32,000 bases of DNA. Source: Candidatus Lokiarchaeum ossiferum. Lineage in GTDB: Archaea; Asgardarchaeota; Lokiarchaeia; Sigyniarchaeales; Promethearchaeaceae. Location of the stretch: NCBI GenBank assembly GCA_025839675.1, contig CP104013.1:4140001-4172000 (forward strand). Direction: 5' to 3'. Under the pieces are notes generated by a model, which was not told the DNA's origin, did not search any database, and was given only the letters and a program-made list of their open reading frames with translations. This document shows, piece after piece, positions 1 to 7,694 of this stretch; positions within the stretch are counted from its first letter, which is position 1; the number at the start of each line of letters is the position of its first letter. Position numbers and translations under genes: made by a program.

Positions 1-1287
1 ATCCGCTTGACTCGTTTGTAATTCTTGTAGATGTTTTTTTTGTTTTGTGATATCACGTTGAAAGGAGATTAATGCTGTTATGTTTCCATCATCATCAAAA
101 ATTGCCGATCCCTTGCACTCCACTTCCATAATCTTTCCAGATTTATGAATTAATTCTACTTCAGCATAATTACTTCCCGTTTTTAATAACTGAGGAAAAT
201 TTTCCTGAAAAATTTGTTGGGATTTTTTAGTAAAGAATTTGGTCATTTTTGATCCCTCAATTTCTTCGCGAGTATAGCCTGTTCCATCCACTGCTGCTTG
301 ATTTGTTTTAAGGATGATCCCTGAAGTATTCATGATATGAATGAAATCTTTAGAGGTCTTTAGTAGTGAGCTAAATTTGATTTCCGATTTACGTTGTTGC
401 TGTTCTGCAATTTTTTGTTCGGAAATATCCCGACATATTCCCATAAACTCATAAATTTCGCCTGTTTCAGAAATAATGGGTGCAAAACTGGTGAATAAAT
501 GGGCATAGGTACCATCAGCTCTTTGGAAACGATAGTTTATATTATCAACTGTCTTTCCATGATATAGGGGTTTTAAAACTTCATTTAATTGATGAAGATC
601 ATCGGGATGGATATAATCAAATCCATTTAGTGAAAATACTTCAGGTATTGAATATCCGAGCATTTCTGTAAATCCAGAATTAATAAACTTATATTCTCCT
701 TTGGTATTCACTCGAAATATTGCAACCGAAGGATTTTCTACTAACAATCGATAATTTTGCTCTGATTCTTTTAAGGATTGTTGAGCTTGTTTTTGTTCCG
801 TAATATCTTCAGCAATACCAACGATTTTTGTAATTATTTCATTTTCTCCTTTGATAATGAACCCCCGATCGGAAATCCAACGAACCTCTCCATCAGGACG
901 AACTATACGATAATCTCGGATCTTACCTCCCCCAGTTTCAATAATTTTTCTGAAGGACGCGTCAGCTTCTATTTTATCATCTGGATGGATGCTCTTTTCC
1001 CAAAGACTATAATCCTGAAGGATGTCATTCGGTTCCAAATGCCAGATTTCTTTAAAAGCTGGACTTACATATACTACTTTTTGCTTCTGTAAATCAAATA
1101 TCCAAATGACTTCTTTAATTTCTTCGATTAATGCTTTAAAATCATGTTCGTGGCCGATCTGTGTAAATAATTCTTGTCCTCTTTTAAATAATTGCTCTTT
1201 TGCGATATTTGCTCTAAATCGATTTATTAATTCGATTTCTTGATCTATCGGTAATTCTAAGCTTTTAATGAAATCGAGATCATCCAT
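1..1287 (-). CDS. Multi-PAS domain sensor protein, C-terminus beyond left window edge (429 codons visible)
   Basis: Frame checked by hand. Plus-strand triplets 1-3 through 1285-1287 contain no tta, cta or tca. An in-frame stop lies upstream at 1300..1302 and the first ATG is at 1287. Translation begins MDDLDFIKSLELPIDQ. Three PAS-like modules carry typical blocks: SIHPDDKIEADASF, DYIHPDDLHQLNEVL, and the linkers GIAEDITEQKQAQ, CRDISEQKIAEQ, FQRDITKQKKHL. It is absent from the ORF track because the stop lies outside the window. Confidence 0.85.
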   Translation of the reverse strand, partial: MDDLDFIKSLELPIDQEIELINRFRANIAKEQLFKRGQELFTQIGHEHDFKALIEEIKEVIWIFDLQKQKVVYVSPAFKEIWHLEPNDILQDYSLWEKSIHPDDKIEADASFRKIIETGGGKIRDYRIVRPDGEVRWISDRGFIIKGENEIITKIVGIAEDITEQKQAQQSLKESEQNYRLLVENPSVAIFRVNTKGEYKFINSGFTEMLGYSIPEVFSLNGFDYIHPDDLHQLNEVLKPLYHGKTVDNINYRFQRADGTYAHLFTSFAPIISETGEIYEFMGICRDISEQKIAEQQQRKSEIKFSSLLKTSKDFIHIMNTSGIILKTNQAAVDGTGYTREEIEGSKMTKFFTKKSQQIFQENFPQLLKTGSNYAEVELIHKSGKIMEVECKGSAIFDDDGNITALISFQRDITKQKKHLQELQTSQAD

Positions 1288-1412
1288 AAATGAGTAATAC
1301 TAAGAAAATCGTACGTATTAACATTTCTTTTTATAAGATACAAATTTTTTCGAAGAAATCGTATTATCCAGATGTTATCACATTTCATCTATTTCATTCC
1401 AATAATTAAAGT

Positions 1413-1742
1413 ATGGATTCCCATATTGCTTCACAGTATCTTGCCAATATAAATCACCTTCAAGATTTGCAAGAAAAAGTGAAATTTTATGAACAATCTA
1501 ATGATTATCACAACGGGATGGATGCTTTTGTGGCTTATATCGAATATGTCCGCTCTTTACAGCAACCTCTAACCTTGATCACCCTCTATATTCGGTTTGC
1601 AAAATTCTGTCTCATGAATAATGACACTCTTTTTGCACGAGATTTATACAAAGAAGCTAAAATATTAATTTCAACTTATGAATCTGATCAAAATTTAGCC
1701 CCAAAAAAAGAAACTTTAAGTCATCCTCATCCGCTCTCATAA
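1413..1742 (+). CDS. Small helical protein of unknown function, paralog A of a tandem pair
   Basis: 109-aa ORF collinear with the 1925..2257 product (YLA-IN-LQ-LQ, YIRFAKFC vs YIRMANYC, LFARDLYKEA vs LFSCDLYQEA). ATG start, T/C-rich tract downstream. Confidence 0.7.
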   Translation: MDSHIASQYLANINHLQDLQEKVKFYEQSNDYHNGMDAFVAYIEYVRSLQQPLTLITLYIRFAKFCLMNNDTLFARDLYKEAKILISTYESDQNLAPKKETLSHPHPLS

Positions 1743-1782
1743 TTATAAACCTTCATTTTTACCATCAAATGTAATTCTCCGC

Positions 1783-1818
1783 TTTTTTTTTTTCTTTCTT
1801 TCTCTTTTCAATTATTCT
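1783..1818 (+). terminator. Oligo-T / pyrimidine tract, candidate archaeal terminator of paralog A
   Basis: The tract CTTTTTTTTTTTTCTTTCTTTCTCTTTTC begins about 40 nt after the stop. Archaeal RNA polymerase terminates at oligo-T runs. Confidence 0.45.
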
Positions 1819-1924
1819 TAATTAGATTTATCTTGCGATATTCGCTTAGGTATCCTGTTATGTATCATGGGGATATCATTTCAGATGTTATGTCAATTCA
1901 AATGTTTTGAGTTTTTGAACTATT

Positions 1925-2257
1925 ATGATGAGAACCCAATTCGAATATCTCGCCAGTGTGAATAAATTGCAATCACTTCAACAACAAGTGGCCTATTGGG
2001 AAAAAACCTCCGAGAACTACAAGAAATCATTAGAAATTTTTCGGGATTATTTACAATGTGTCCAAGAATTTAACGATCCCAAAGATCTTATCAATGGCTA
2101 TATTAGGATGGCCAATTATTGTGAACGGATGGATGATCGCCTCTTTTCTTGCGATCTGTATCAAGAAGCTATTAACTTATTAGTCGCTTCTGGTATTGGC
2201 TCTGAAAGTAATATCAAGAATCTCCGGAATAAAATCCAATCTTTACACTACTATTAA
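1925..2257 (+). CDS. Small helical protein of unknown function, paralog B of a tandem pair
   Basis: 110-aa ORF paralogous to 1413..1742, with the same 5' 10-mer and the same 3' AACCTTCAT plus T/C tract. Confidence 0.7.
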   Translation: MMRTQFEYLASVNKLQSLQQQVAYWEKTSENYKKSLEIFRDYLQCVQEFNDPKDLINGYIRMANYCERMDDRLFSCDLYQEAINLLVASGIGSESNIKNLRNKIQSLHYY

Positions 2258-2289
2258 CAACCTTCATATTTTGAATCATTTTAGCCACA

Positions 2290-2316
2290 TTTTTTTTCTT
2301 TTCTTTCTTTTTATTC
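2290..2316 (+). terminator. Oligo-T / pyrimidine tract, candidate terminator of paralog B
   Basis: The tract TTTTTTTTCTTTTCTTTCTTTTTATT lies about 35 nt after the stop and parallels the tract after paralog A. Confidence 0.45.
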
Positions 2317-2476
2317 ATCTTCAAAAAATCCAGTAATTTCATTACGAAATAAAGCAAATTGAGGTGAGAAATTTTCTATTTTTCTCTACTCCTAATTTAA
2401 AGAAAACGTTCGTACCATTTATGTCCCAATCTTTTATTAGAAAGAGATTTAAAGTCTAAAACTAAATAATACCCAT

Positions 2477-2893
2477 ATGATTTTCGCTATTGAATTTACC
2501 GATACTACTTTAATTCGGTTATTGTTTGTATTTTGGTTGCCCGCATACATTGCACATTTAATTGGGTTTATGATTGCAAATCACGATGATATTTTCTTTG
2601 ATTGGAAACGATTTGCACTTGGTGATATTGCGGGATGGGGAATTATCTGTGGAATAACTGTTTTATTTGTTAGTTTTCTGGATAGCCCAAGGTGGGTTTT
2701 GTATTTAGTCTATGGGATTCATACATTAATTCTTTCAACCATTTTTACAGATGCTTCTTTATATCAAGAAACTATTTCCGCAGCCAATATAGGTAAAATA
2801 TTTATGGAAACGATTGTTGAATCTATCTTAATTCCATGGGCAGCAGGAGTAGGAGTAGGCGTTATTTCTGTTCTTATTTTTGGATTGAACTAA
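2477..2893 (+). CDS. Small integral membrane protein (about 4 TM), unknown function
   Basis: 138-aa ORF with four long hydrophobic segments (LIRLLFVFWLPAYIAHLIGFMI, GWGIICGITVLFVSF, WVLYLVYGIHTLILSTIF, ILIPWAAGVGVGVISVLIFGL). Confidence 0.6.
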   Translation: MIFAIEFTDTTLIRLLFVFWLPAYIAHLIGFMIANHDDIFFDWKRFALGDIAGWGIICGITVLFVSFLDSPRWVLYLVYGIHTLILSTIFTDASLYQETISAANIGKIFMETIVESILIPWAAGVGVGVISVLIFGLN

Positions 2894-3012
2894 TTTTTTT
2901 ATTACTCCAAATTTCTGATGTTTTTCTAAAACCAAAATAGTACTAACTTAACTTTCAAATTAAAAATTGAAGTGGATTTAATAATTAAAGAGAAAAAAGA
3001 GAATATTGAAGT

Positions 3013-3429
3013 TTATTCTTCCAATTCTTCACGAACTAATTCCGTTAGGGTACGGAATTTGACAGCATCAGGGAGAGGGCCAATAATTTTTAATTCTCCT
3101 CCCATATACGCGCTCGTGGCATCAATTTCTCCAGAAAAGATCCCTGCGGCAGTATCAGCAGACATTTCTAAGGTTATATCGGGGTCTTCATGAGTTCCTT
3201 TTTTAACAGAGAATTTGCATTCTTCAATCATGAAATAGAAATCATCTTTATCTTCCATTTTAATTTGGAAAGTACGATCCCAGCCATCTACTTCTTCTTC
3301 AATATCTTCAGATTCATTACAGACTTCCATAAAAAGTTCTAAATAATCGTCTAAATCCTCAGAACTAAAAGAACCATCATCAATTTTATCCAATAACGCT
3401 TGTTTTTTTTCTTCGTCCAAATTTAACAC
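3013..3429 (-). CDS. SCP2 (sterol-carrier-protein-2-like) lipid-binding domain protein, paralog 1
   Basis: 138 aa. Acidic N-terminal helix followed by the SCP2 pattern ...TFQIKMEDKDDFYFMIEECKFSVKKG...ITLEMSADTAAGIFSGEIDATSAYMGGELKIIGPLPDAVKF. The start codon is GTG at 3429. Confidence 0.7.
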   Translation of the reverse strand: MLNLDEEKKQALLDKIDDGSFSSEDLDDYLELFMEVCNESEDIEEEVDGWDRTFQIKMEDKDDFYFMIEECKFSVKKGTHEDPDITLEMSADTAAGIFSGEIDATSAYMGGELKIIGPLPDAVKFRTLTELVREELEE

Positions 3430-3678
3430 CTTTAGTGTAACTCAGAAAACCGAGCTATTGGTTTTACTAAATTGTTTAACTATAAAAATTTTGTTTCTCT
3501 AATAATGGTGAAAATCTTCTCCAAATTGGTTGATATAAAGTGTTTCTTCTCATTTTTGAACATTTTTCATCATTTTTCCATCCTTCCTTGCCCTTAGAAT
3601 GAAAACCCGAAGTTTTTAAGAGAAAATATTTTTAATGAGTAAAAAATGACAGAAAAAAAAAATATTAAAAGACTGGAA

Positions 3679-4086
3679 TTAATCGGCTTCTTCCATTTCT
3701 TCTCGGAGCATTTCCAGTAAGGAAACGAAATTTGCACCGTCTTTTAAAGAACCCTCAATCTTAAGATCTCCTTTCATATAGACTGCCGTACTATCCATTT
3801 TTCCCGATAGAACTCCAACACAAATATCCTCTTTCATAGAATAAGTTAATGAAGGGGAATCAATTGAACCCTTTCCTGCGGATAATTTTCCACCCTCAAT
3901 TTTGAGCCAGAAATCATCCATGCCTTCTACTTTGAATAAATAACTTTTATCGCCCATATCTTCGAGTTCTTCTTGAATATCTTCATTGCTGTTACCAAAT
4001 TCTGCTGCTACGGTAAGAAATTCGTCTACATCAGCGGCAGTAAAGGTATCATTTTCCCATTTTTCTACTAATTCTTTTGCACCCAT
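3679..4086 (-). CDS. SCP2-like lipid-binding domain protein, paralog 2
   Basis: 135 aa, collinear with 3013..3429: FKVEGMDDFWLKIEGGKLSAGKG...LTYSMKEDICVGVLSGKMDSTAVYMKGDLKIEGSLKDGANF. Confidence 0.7.
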   Translation of the reverse strand: MGAKELVEKWENDTFTAADVDEFLTVAAEFGNSNEDIQEELEDMGDKSYLFKVEGMDDFWLKIEGGKLSAGKGSIDSPSLTYSMKEDICVGVLSGKMDSTAVYMKGDLKIEGSLKDGANFVSLLEMLREEMEEAD

Positions 4087-4257
4087 AATATATCACCAAA
4101 ATTTCGGGATTGTGGTTAGTTTATTTCTTTCTGAATAAAAACTTTTTTTTCATTTTTTCTTGAACAAATGAAATACAAAATTTGGCCTACCGAAATATAA
4201 TAAATAGGGTTAGTGATATTCTATGTAACTATAATCAATTTCTAAAAGGTTACTCTA

Positions 4258-4947
4258 ATGATCTTACAAACTGGTTTATATGCAAAATTTGTCGATATAT
4301 TTGTCGATTCTGGGGCTATCATGCTTGTTATTTGTGGTTTGATGGCTTTAGTGTGGTTCGGTTATGAAGGCGTGAGACGTGGCTTCATTAAATCGAAGAA
4401 TGAATCTTGGGAACGTGATACCGTTTCCCGTGTCTTAAAAATTATCATACTTCTCGGATTAATCCTTGGTGTAGTTGTAGTCGCAACGGGTATTATGACG
4501 ATGGTCTTAGATATGCCTCCATCCTATGCTTATCGCGATTTTGGAGATGTTCCACTCTCTCAAAATCACTTTGACTGGTTTACAAGTATTTTATTGTTAT
4601 TAATGGGAGTTGCTATGTTCTTAAAACCCTTAGAAGATGTTCCTTTGGCTTCCTTAATTGGTATCATTGCGGGAGCAGGTGTTGCACTCATCCTCGCATT
4701 AACAATTCCACAATCTTTGGTTACAACTTTATCCCCTTATGTTAATATGAAATGGGTATTATTTGGTATATTCGTTGTCGTTGCCACCATGGTTGGGGTA
4801 GCATTGAAATTTTGGGTAGGTGCTTTGGAAGCAATTTCTAAAGTCATTTCGTGGCCTCCATTTGCTTTATTGGCAGCAGCCCTTTGTTTAACCCAAGGTT
4901 TTATGATTTGGATTACCGGAAATACTCTCATAATGATTGGTTATTAA
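4258..4947 (+). CDS. Integral membrane protein (about 6 TM), unknown function
   Basis: 229-aa ORF with multiple hydrophobic helices. No transporter signature recognised. Confidence 0.6.
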   Translation: MILQTGLYAKFVDIFVDSGAIMLVICGLMALVWFGYEGVRRGFIKSKNESWERDTVSRVLKIIILLGLILGVVVVATGIMTMVLDMPPSYAYRDFGDVPLSQNHFDWFTSILLLLMGVAMFLKPLEDVPLASLIGIIAGAGVALILALTIPQSLVTTLSPYVNMKWVLFGIFVVVATMVGVALKFWVGALEAISKVISWPPFALLAAALCLTQGFMIWITGNTLIMIGY

Positions 4948-5048
4948 GTTTTTTTCATCTTTTCATTTTTATTTCTTGTTAGGCAGGGCGATATTTCTAA
5001 TTTGTTTCCTAAACAAAATTTTTTAAGCAAAAAAAATAAATTCGATAT

Positions 5049-5594
5049 ATGGATTCGGAGAAGAAAGAAGCCAGTAAAAAAAATGAATATGAGCGATTTT
5101 CTGTCTCAGTGCCCGCAGATTTAAATGAAAAATTTGAAGTTTTAAGGGGTCAATTGAATTTAAGCCGGTCAGATGCTATCCGAAAAGGAATGCGTCTGTT
5201 TTTAAATCAAGAATCCATTAAATATTTGGATGATCCAAAAGTTACGAAGGGTAATGTGCTAGGTACAATAAGTTATATTGAAAAAGCCCATACGCATTAC
5301 CATGATGCTGCAGGGCATCATCATCATGACCATGATGAAAAAAAGACTAATCTTTCGGATTCTGATTCCTATTATTTTCCTGTGGAACAACTGGAATTCA
5401 TTAAAGCGAATGATCTTCAACATCATTTCTTAGATATAATTGTTTCTACTACTCACATTCATGCTGGACCCGAGAAATGTATGCTTATAATTGCCGTCAA
5501 TGGGTCCTACAGTCGGGTGCAAGAATTGATAGGTGGGTTGTCCCATTTTAAGACAATTGAAACCATTAAGTTTTCACCTTTGGAAATGTATTAA
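5049..5594 (+). CDS. nikR: NikR-family nickel-responsive transcriptional regulator with His-rich insertion
   Basis: The N-terminal ribbon-helix-helix is ERFSVSVPADLNEKFEVLRGQLNLSRSDAIRKGMRLFL. The C-terminal metal-binding domain blocks are GTISYIEKAH and LQHHFLDIIVSTTHIHAGPEKCMLIIAVNG, which follow the classic NikR H/H/H/C pattern. HTHYHDAAGHHHHDHD is inserted between them. Confidence 0.8.
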   Translation: MDSEKKEASKKNEYERFSVSVPADLNEKFEVLRGQLNLSRSDAIRKGMRLFLNQESIKYLDDPKVTKGNVLGTISYIEKAHTHYHDAAGHHHHDHDEKKTNLSDSDSYYFPVEQLEFIKANDLQHHFLDIIVSTTHIHAGPEKCMLIIAVNGSYSRVQELIGGLSHFKTIETIKFSPLEMY

Positions 5595-5624
5595 TGATTC
5601 TACAAATAAAATAAAGAAAAAAGA

Positions 5625-5939
5625 TTATCCTCCATGAAGTGATGTTATTAAGGTTATAGTTCTATCTTTTTGAAGTTGGCGCGCTAGACCTCCTGCAATG
5701 GATATATCTACATCATCAACAAGACAGATAAGACCCACTTCCAATTGTTTAGTCGTCTCCTTGAGAATGAATTCATTTTTTGGGGAAAAATAATCTTGTT
5801 GCACTTTTTCTAATACGCTTTGAAGGGTTGTGTTCTTTGGGAAGGGAAGTACCACATGATCTTGTCCAACGGTGTTTTTCAATGAAGAATAGAAAATGAC
5901 CTTAACTTGTATCATTGATTTTTCAACAATTTCTGCCAT
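5625..5939 (-). CDS. urm1: Urm1-type ubiquitin-related modifier (beta-grasp, C-terminal LHGG)
   Basis: 104 aa. The C-terminal half LICLVDDVDISIAGGLARQLQKDRTITLITSLHGG parallels yeast Urm1 [34 protein letters not shown]. The protein ends exactly in GG followed by the stop. Confidence 0.75.
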   Translation of the reverse strand: MAEIVEKSMIQVKVIFYSSLKNTVGQDHVVLPFPKNTTLQSVLEKVQQDYFSPKNEFILKETTKQLEVGLICLVDDVDISIAGGLARQLQKDRTITLITSLHGG

Positions 5940-6044
5940 GATCTTATGAAAGGTGCATTTCAGAAAAATTTCATTGTTGAATGGATGAAGTTTCGATAGC
6001 TTTTTTTATTTCAACAAAAAAGTAAGTACAAGTACGAAAAATAA

Positions 6045-7649
6045 GTGATATCTTTGTGGGAACAAGTTAAAGAGTTAGAAAATAAAGGGAAAATCAATAA
6101 AACAGTCAAAGTCATGGTTTCAGATTTAATTGCCATTCGGGAAAAATTATTTGAACAAGATAATAACTTGAGTGTGGCTCAAGCAAAAATCGCTGATTTA
6201 TTAGAGAAAAAGTCTCTTCCACCGCAGAATATTAATCATTCTCCTGGTTCTGCTTCTGGAAATCAAGGAAAAGTTCCAATCTTCGATGTAAATACTGTTG
6301 ATTTAAAAAATCGAGAGAATGCAATTGAACAAAAAGAATCTGAATTAAAAATTCGTGAAGAACAGCTTTTAGCAAAAGAAATAATGGTTCAGAGCGATTC
6401 TCAGGCTATAATCCAAGAGCTTGAAAAAAAACTAGAAAATAGAGAAGAAATTGTGCTTCAATTTCAACAACAAATGGTGGAGCTCCGAAGATCGCTCGAA
6501 GAAAAAAGTATGATTATTGATTCCCTTAATCAACAAAATTCTGCCAATGTTGCTGTTCCTCCTCCACAAATGGAATTAAATAGGGAATTGGATGAAGAAA
6601 TCATCGCTCGTGATGCTGAAATATCGAAATTGCATGGCATTATTTCAGATTTTGAGTCCAAAAATGGTGTTAAAGATCTTGGTTCCCTTGAATCTCAATT
6701 AAAAGAAATGACCAAGGATGCCCAATCACAACAGGAAATCTTGGAGTTTAAAAATCAAGAATTATTAGCTGCTCAATCATTGATTGAAACTCAAAAGGCT
6801 GAACTCGCTCAAGCGATGATTGAATTGGGCGAAGAACGAAAAAGGATGGATAAAGAAATAGCATTGCAAAAAGCGGTCATGAGTGGTGAAATTGAGATGC
6901 AGAAATCTGCCATGAGCACTGAAATTGAGAATGTAAATCTTTCTTTACAAGATACTATTGCTGAAAAAACTCAAGAAATTGCACAATTGAAAGCTTACAT
7001 TGAACAACTATCATCTCAAACAAATCAAGCAAATACAATGGCAAATACTGAAAAGGACAGTATGATTGCTCAATTACAAGCTAATTTAAAGCAAGCTGAA
7101 TCTATTTATAATTCAAATCAAGTCCGTTTGCAAGAATTGACTCAAGGAAATCAAAGTTTACAGAAATATATTGAAGAGTTGAAAGATTCGGCGATTGCTC
7201 CTGAAAAATACAATCAATTGATGGGGCGGCTAAAAGAAACAGAATCAAATTATTCAACCTTGAATCAAAATTTTAATAACTTAACTCAACGGTACCACCA
7301 ACTCGAAAAATTGGTTGAGGATAAAGATCGACAAATCAAATCCCTAGATCAAGCTCATTCAGTAATGGCTCCCTCAATTAGTGGATCAAGTACTACTACT
7401 ACATCTTCCTATACAGCAAAACCTGTTTCAACTGCCACAATCTCAGAACCTGCGAGTGTGTTTTCACCATCACCAATAACACCGCAAGCTCCTCCATCCC
7501 AAACATTTTCTAGTGCACGAGTGACTTGCACAAAGTGCAATTCAACAAGTATTAGTATCGTTGAAGATAAAACTAAAATTCTAACTTATGCACCATCTAT
7601 AGTTTACGCAAAAAAGCACGTCTGCAAACAATGCGGAAATGAGTTTTAA
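6045..7649 (+). CDS. Long coiled-coil protein with S/T/P-rich linker and C-terminal 4-Cys zinc ribbon
   Basis: 534 aa. About 440 aa are E/K/Q/L-rich heptad-like sequence, followed by SISGSSTTTTSSYTAKPVSTATISEPASVFSPSPITPQAPPSQ. The tail is CTKC-x28-CKQC (7527..7646). The start is GTG at 6045; an alternative ATG lies at 6114. Confidence 0.7.
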   Translation: MISLWEQVKELENKGKINKTVKVMVSDLIAIREKLFEQDNNLSVAQAKIADLLEKKSLPPQNINHSPGSASGNQGKVPIFDVNTVDLKNRENAIEQKESELKIREEQLLAKEIMVQSDSQAIIQELEKKLENREEIVLQFQQQMVELRRSLEEKSMIIDSLNQQNSANVAVPPPQMELNRELDEEIIARDAEISKLHGIISDFESKNGVKDLGSLESQLKEMTKDAQSQQEILEFKNQELLAAQSLIETQKAELAQAMIELGEERKRMDKEIALQKAVMSGEIEMQKSAMSTEIENVNLSLQDTIAEKTQEIAQLKAYIEQLSSQTNQANTMANTEKDSMIAQLQANLKQAESIYNSNQVRLQELTQGNQSLQKYIEELKDSAIAPEKYNQLMGRLKETESNYSTLNQNFNNLTQRYHQLEKLVEDKDRQIKSLDQAHSVMAPSISGSSTTTTSSYTAKPVSTATISEPASVFSPSPITPQAPPSQTFSSARVTCTKCNSTSISIVEDKTKILTYAPSIVYAKKHVCKQCGNEF

Positions 7650-7673
7650 TTTTTTTTAGCTAACCTTTTTTTT
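7650..7673 (+). terminator. Twin oligo-T tracts after the coiled-coil gene
   Basis: TTTTTTTT (7650..7657) and TTTTTTTT (7666..7673) lie directly after the stop at 7647..7649. Confidence 0.45.
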
Positions 7674-7694
7674 CCTACACAACAAAGTTACTTC

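Noticed and set aside
778-1243. Plus-strand ORFs 778..1092 (104 aa) and 1022..1243 (73 aa)
   Set aside because: They lie antisense to the hand-verified 429-codon PAS reading frame (1..1287, minus). They have low-complexity F/N/I/S-rich translations typical of shadow ORFs in AT-rich DNA.
2972-3193. Plus-strand 73-aa ORF
   Set aside because: It is antisense to the SCP2 gene 3013..3429, which has a clear domain signature.
3430-3590. Possible C/D-box sRNA on the minus strand (AUGAUGA from about 3576..3582 and CUGA near 3445)
   Set aside because: The boxes are about 135 nt apart, far more than the 50-70 nt of archaeal C/D sRNAs. There are no internal C'/D' boxes and no terminal complementary stem.
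4182-4931. ORFs 4182..4367 (+) and 4737..4931 (-)
   Set aside because: They overlap the 229-aa membrane protein gene (4258..4947) in other frames or on the other strand, and nothing supports them.
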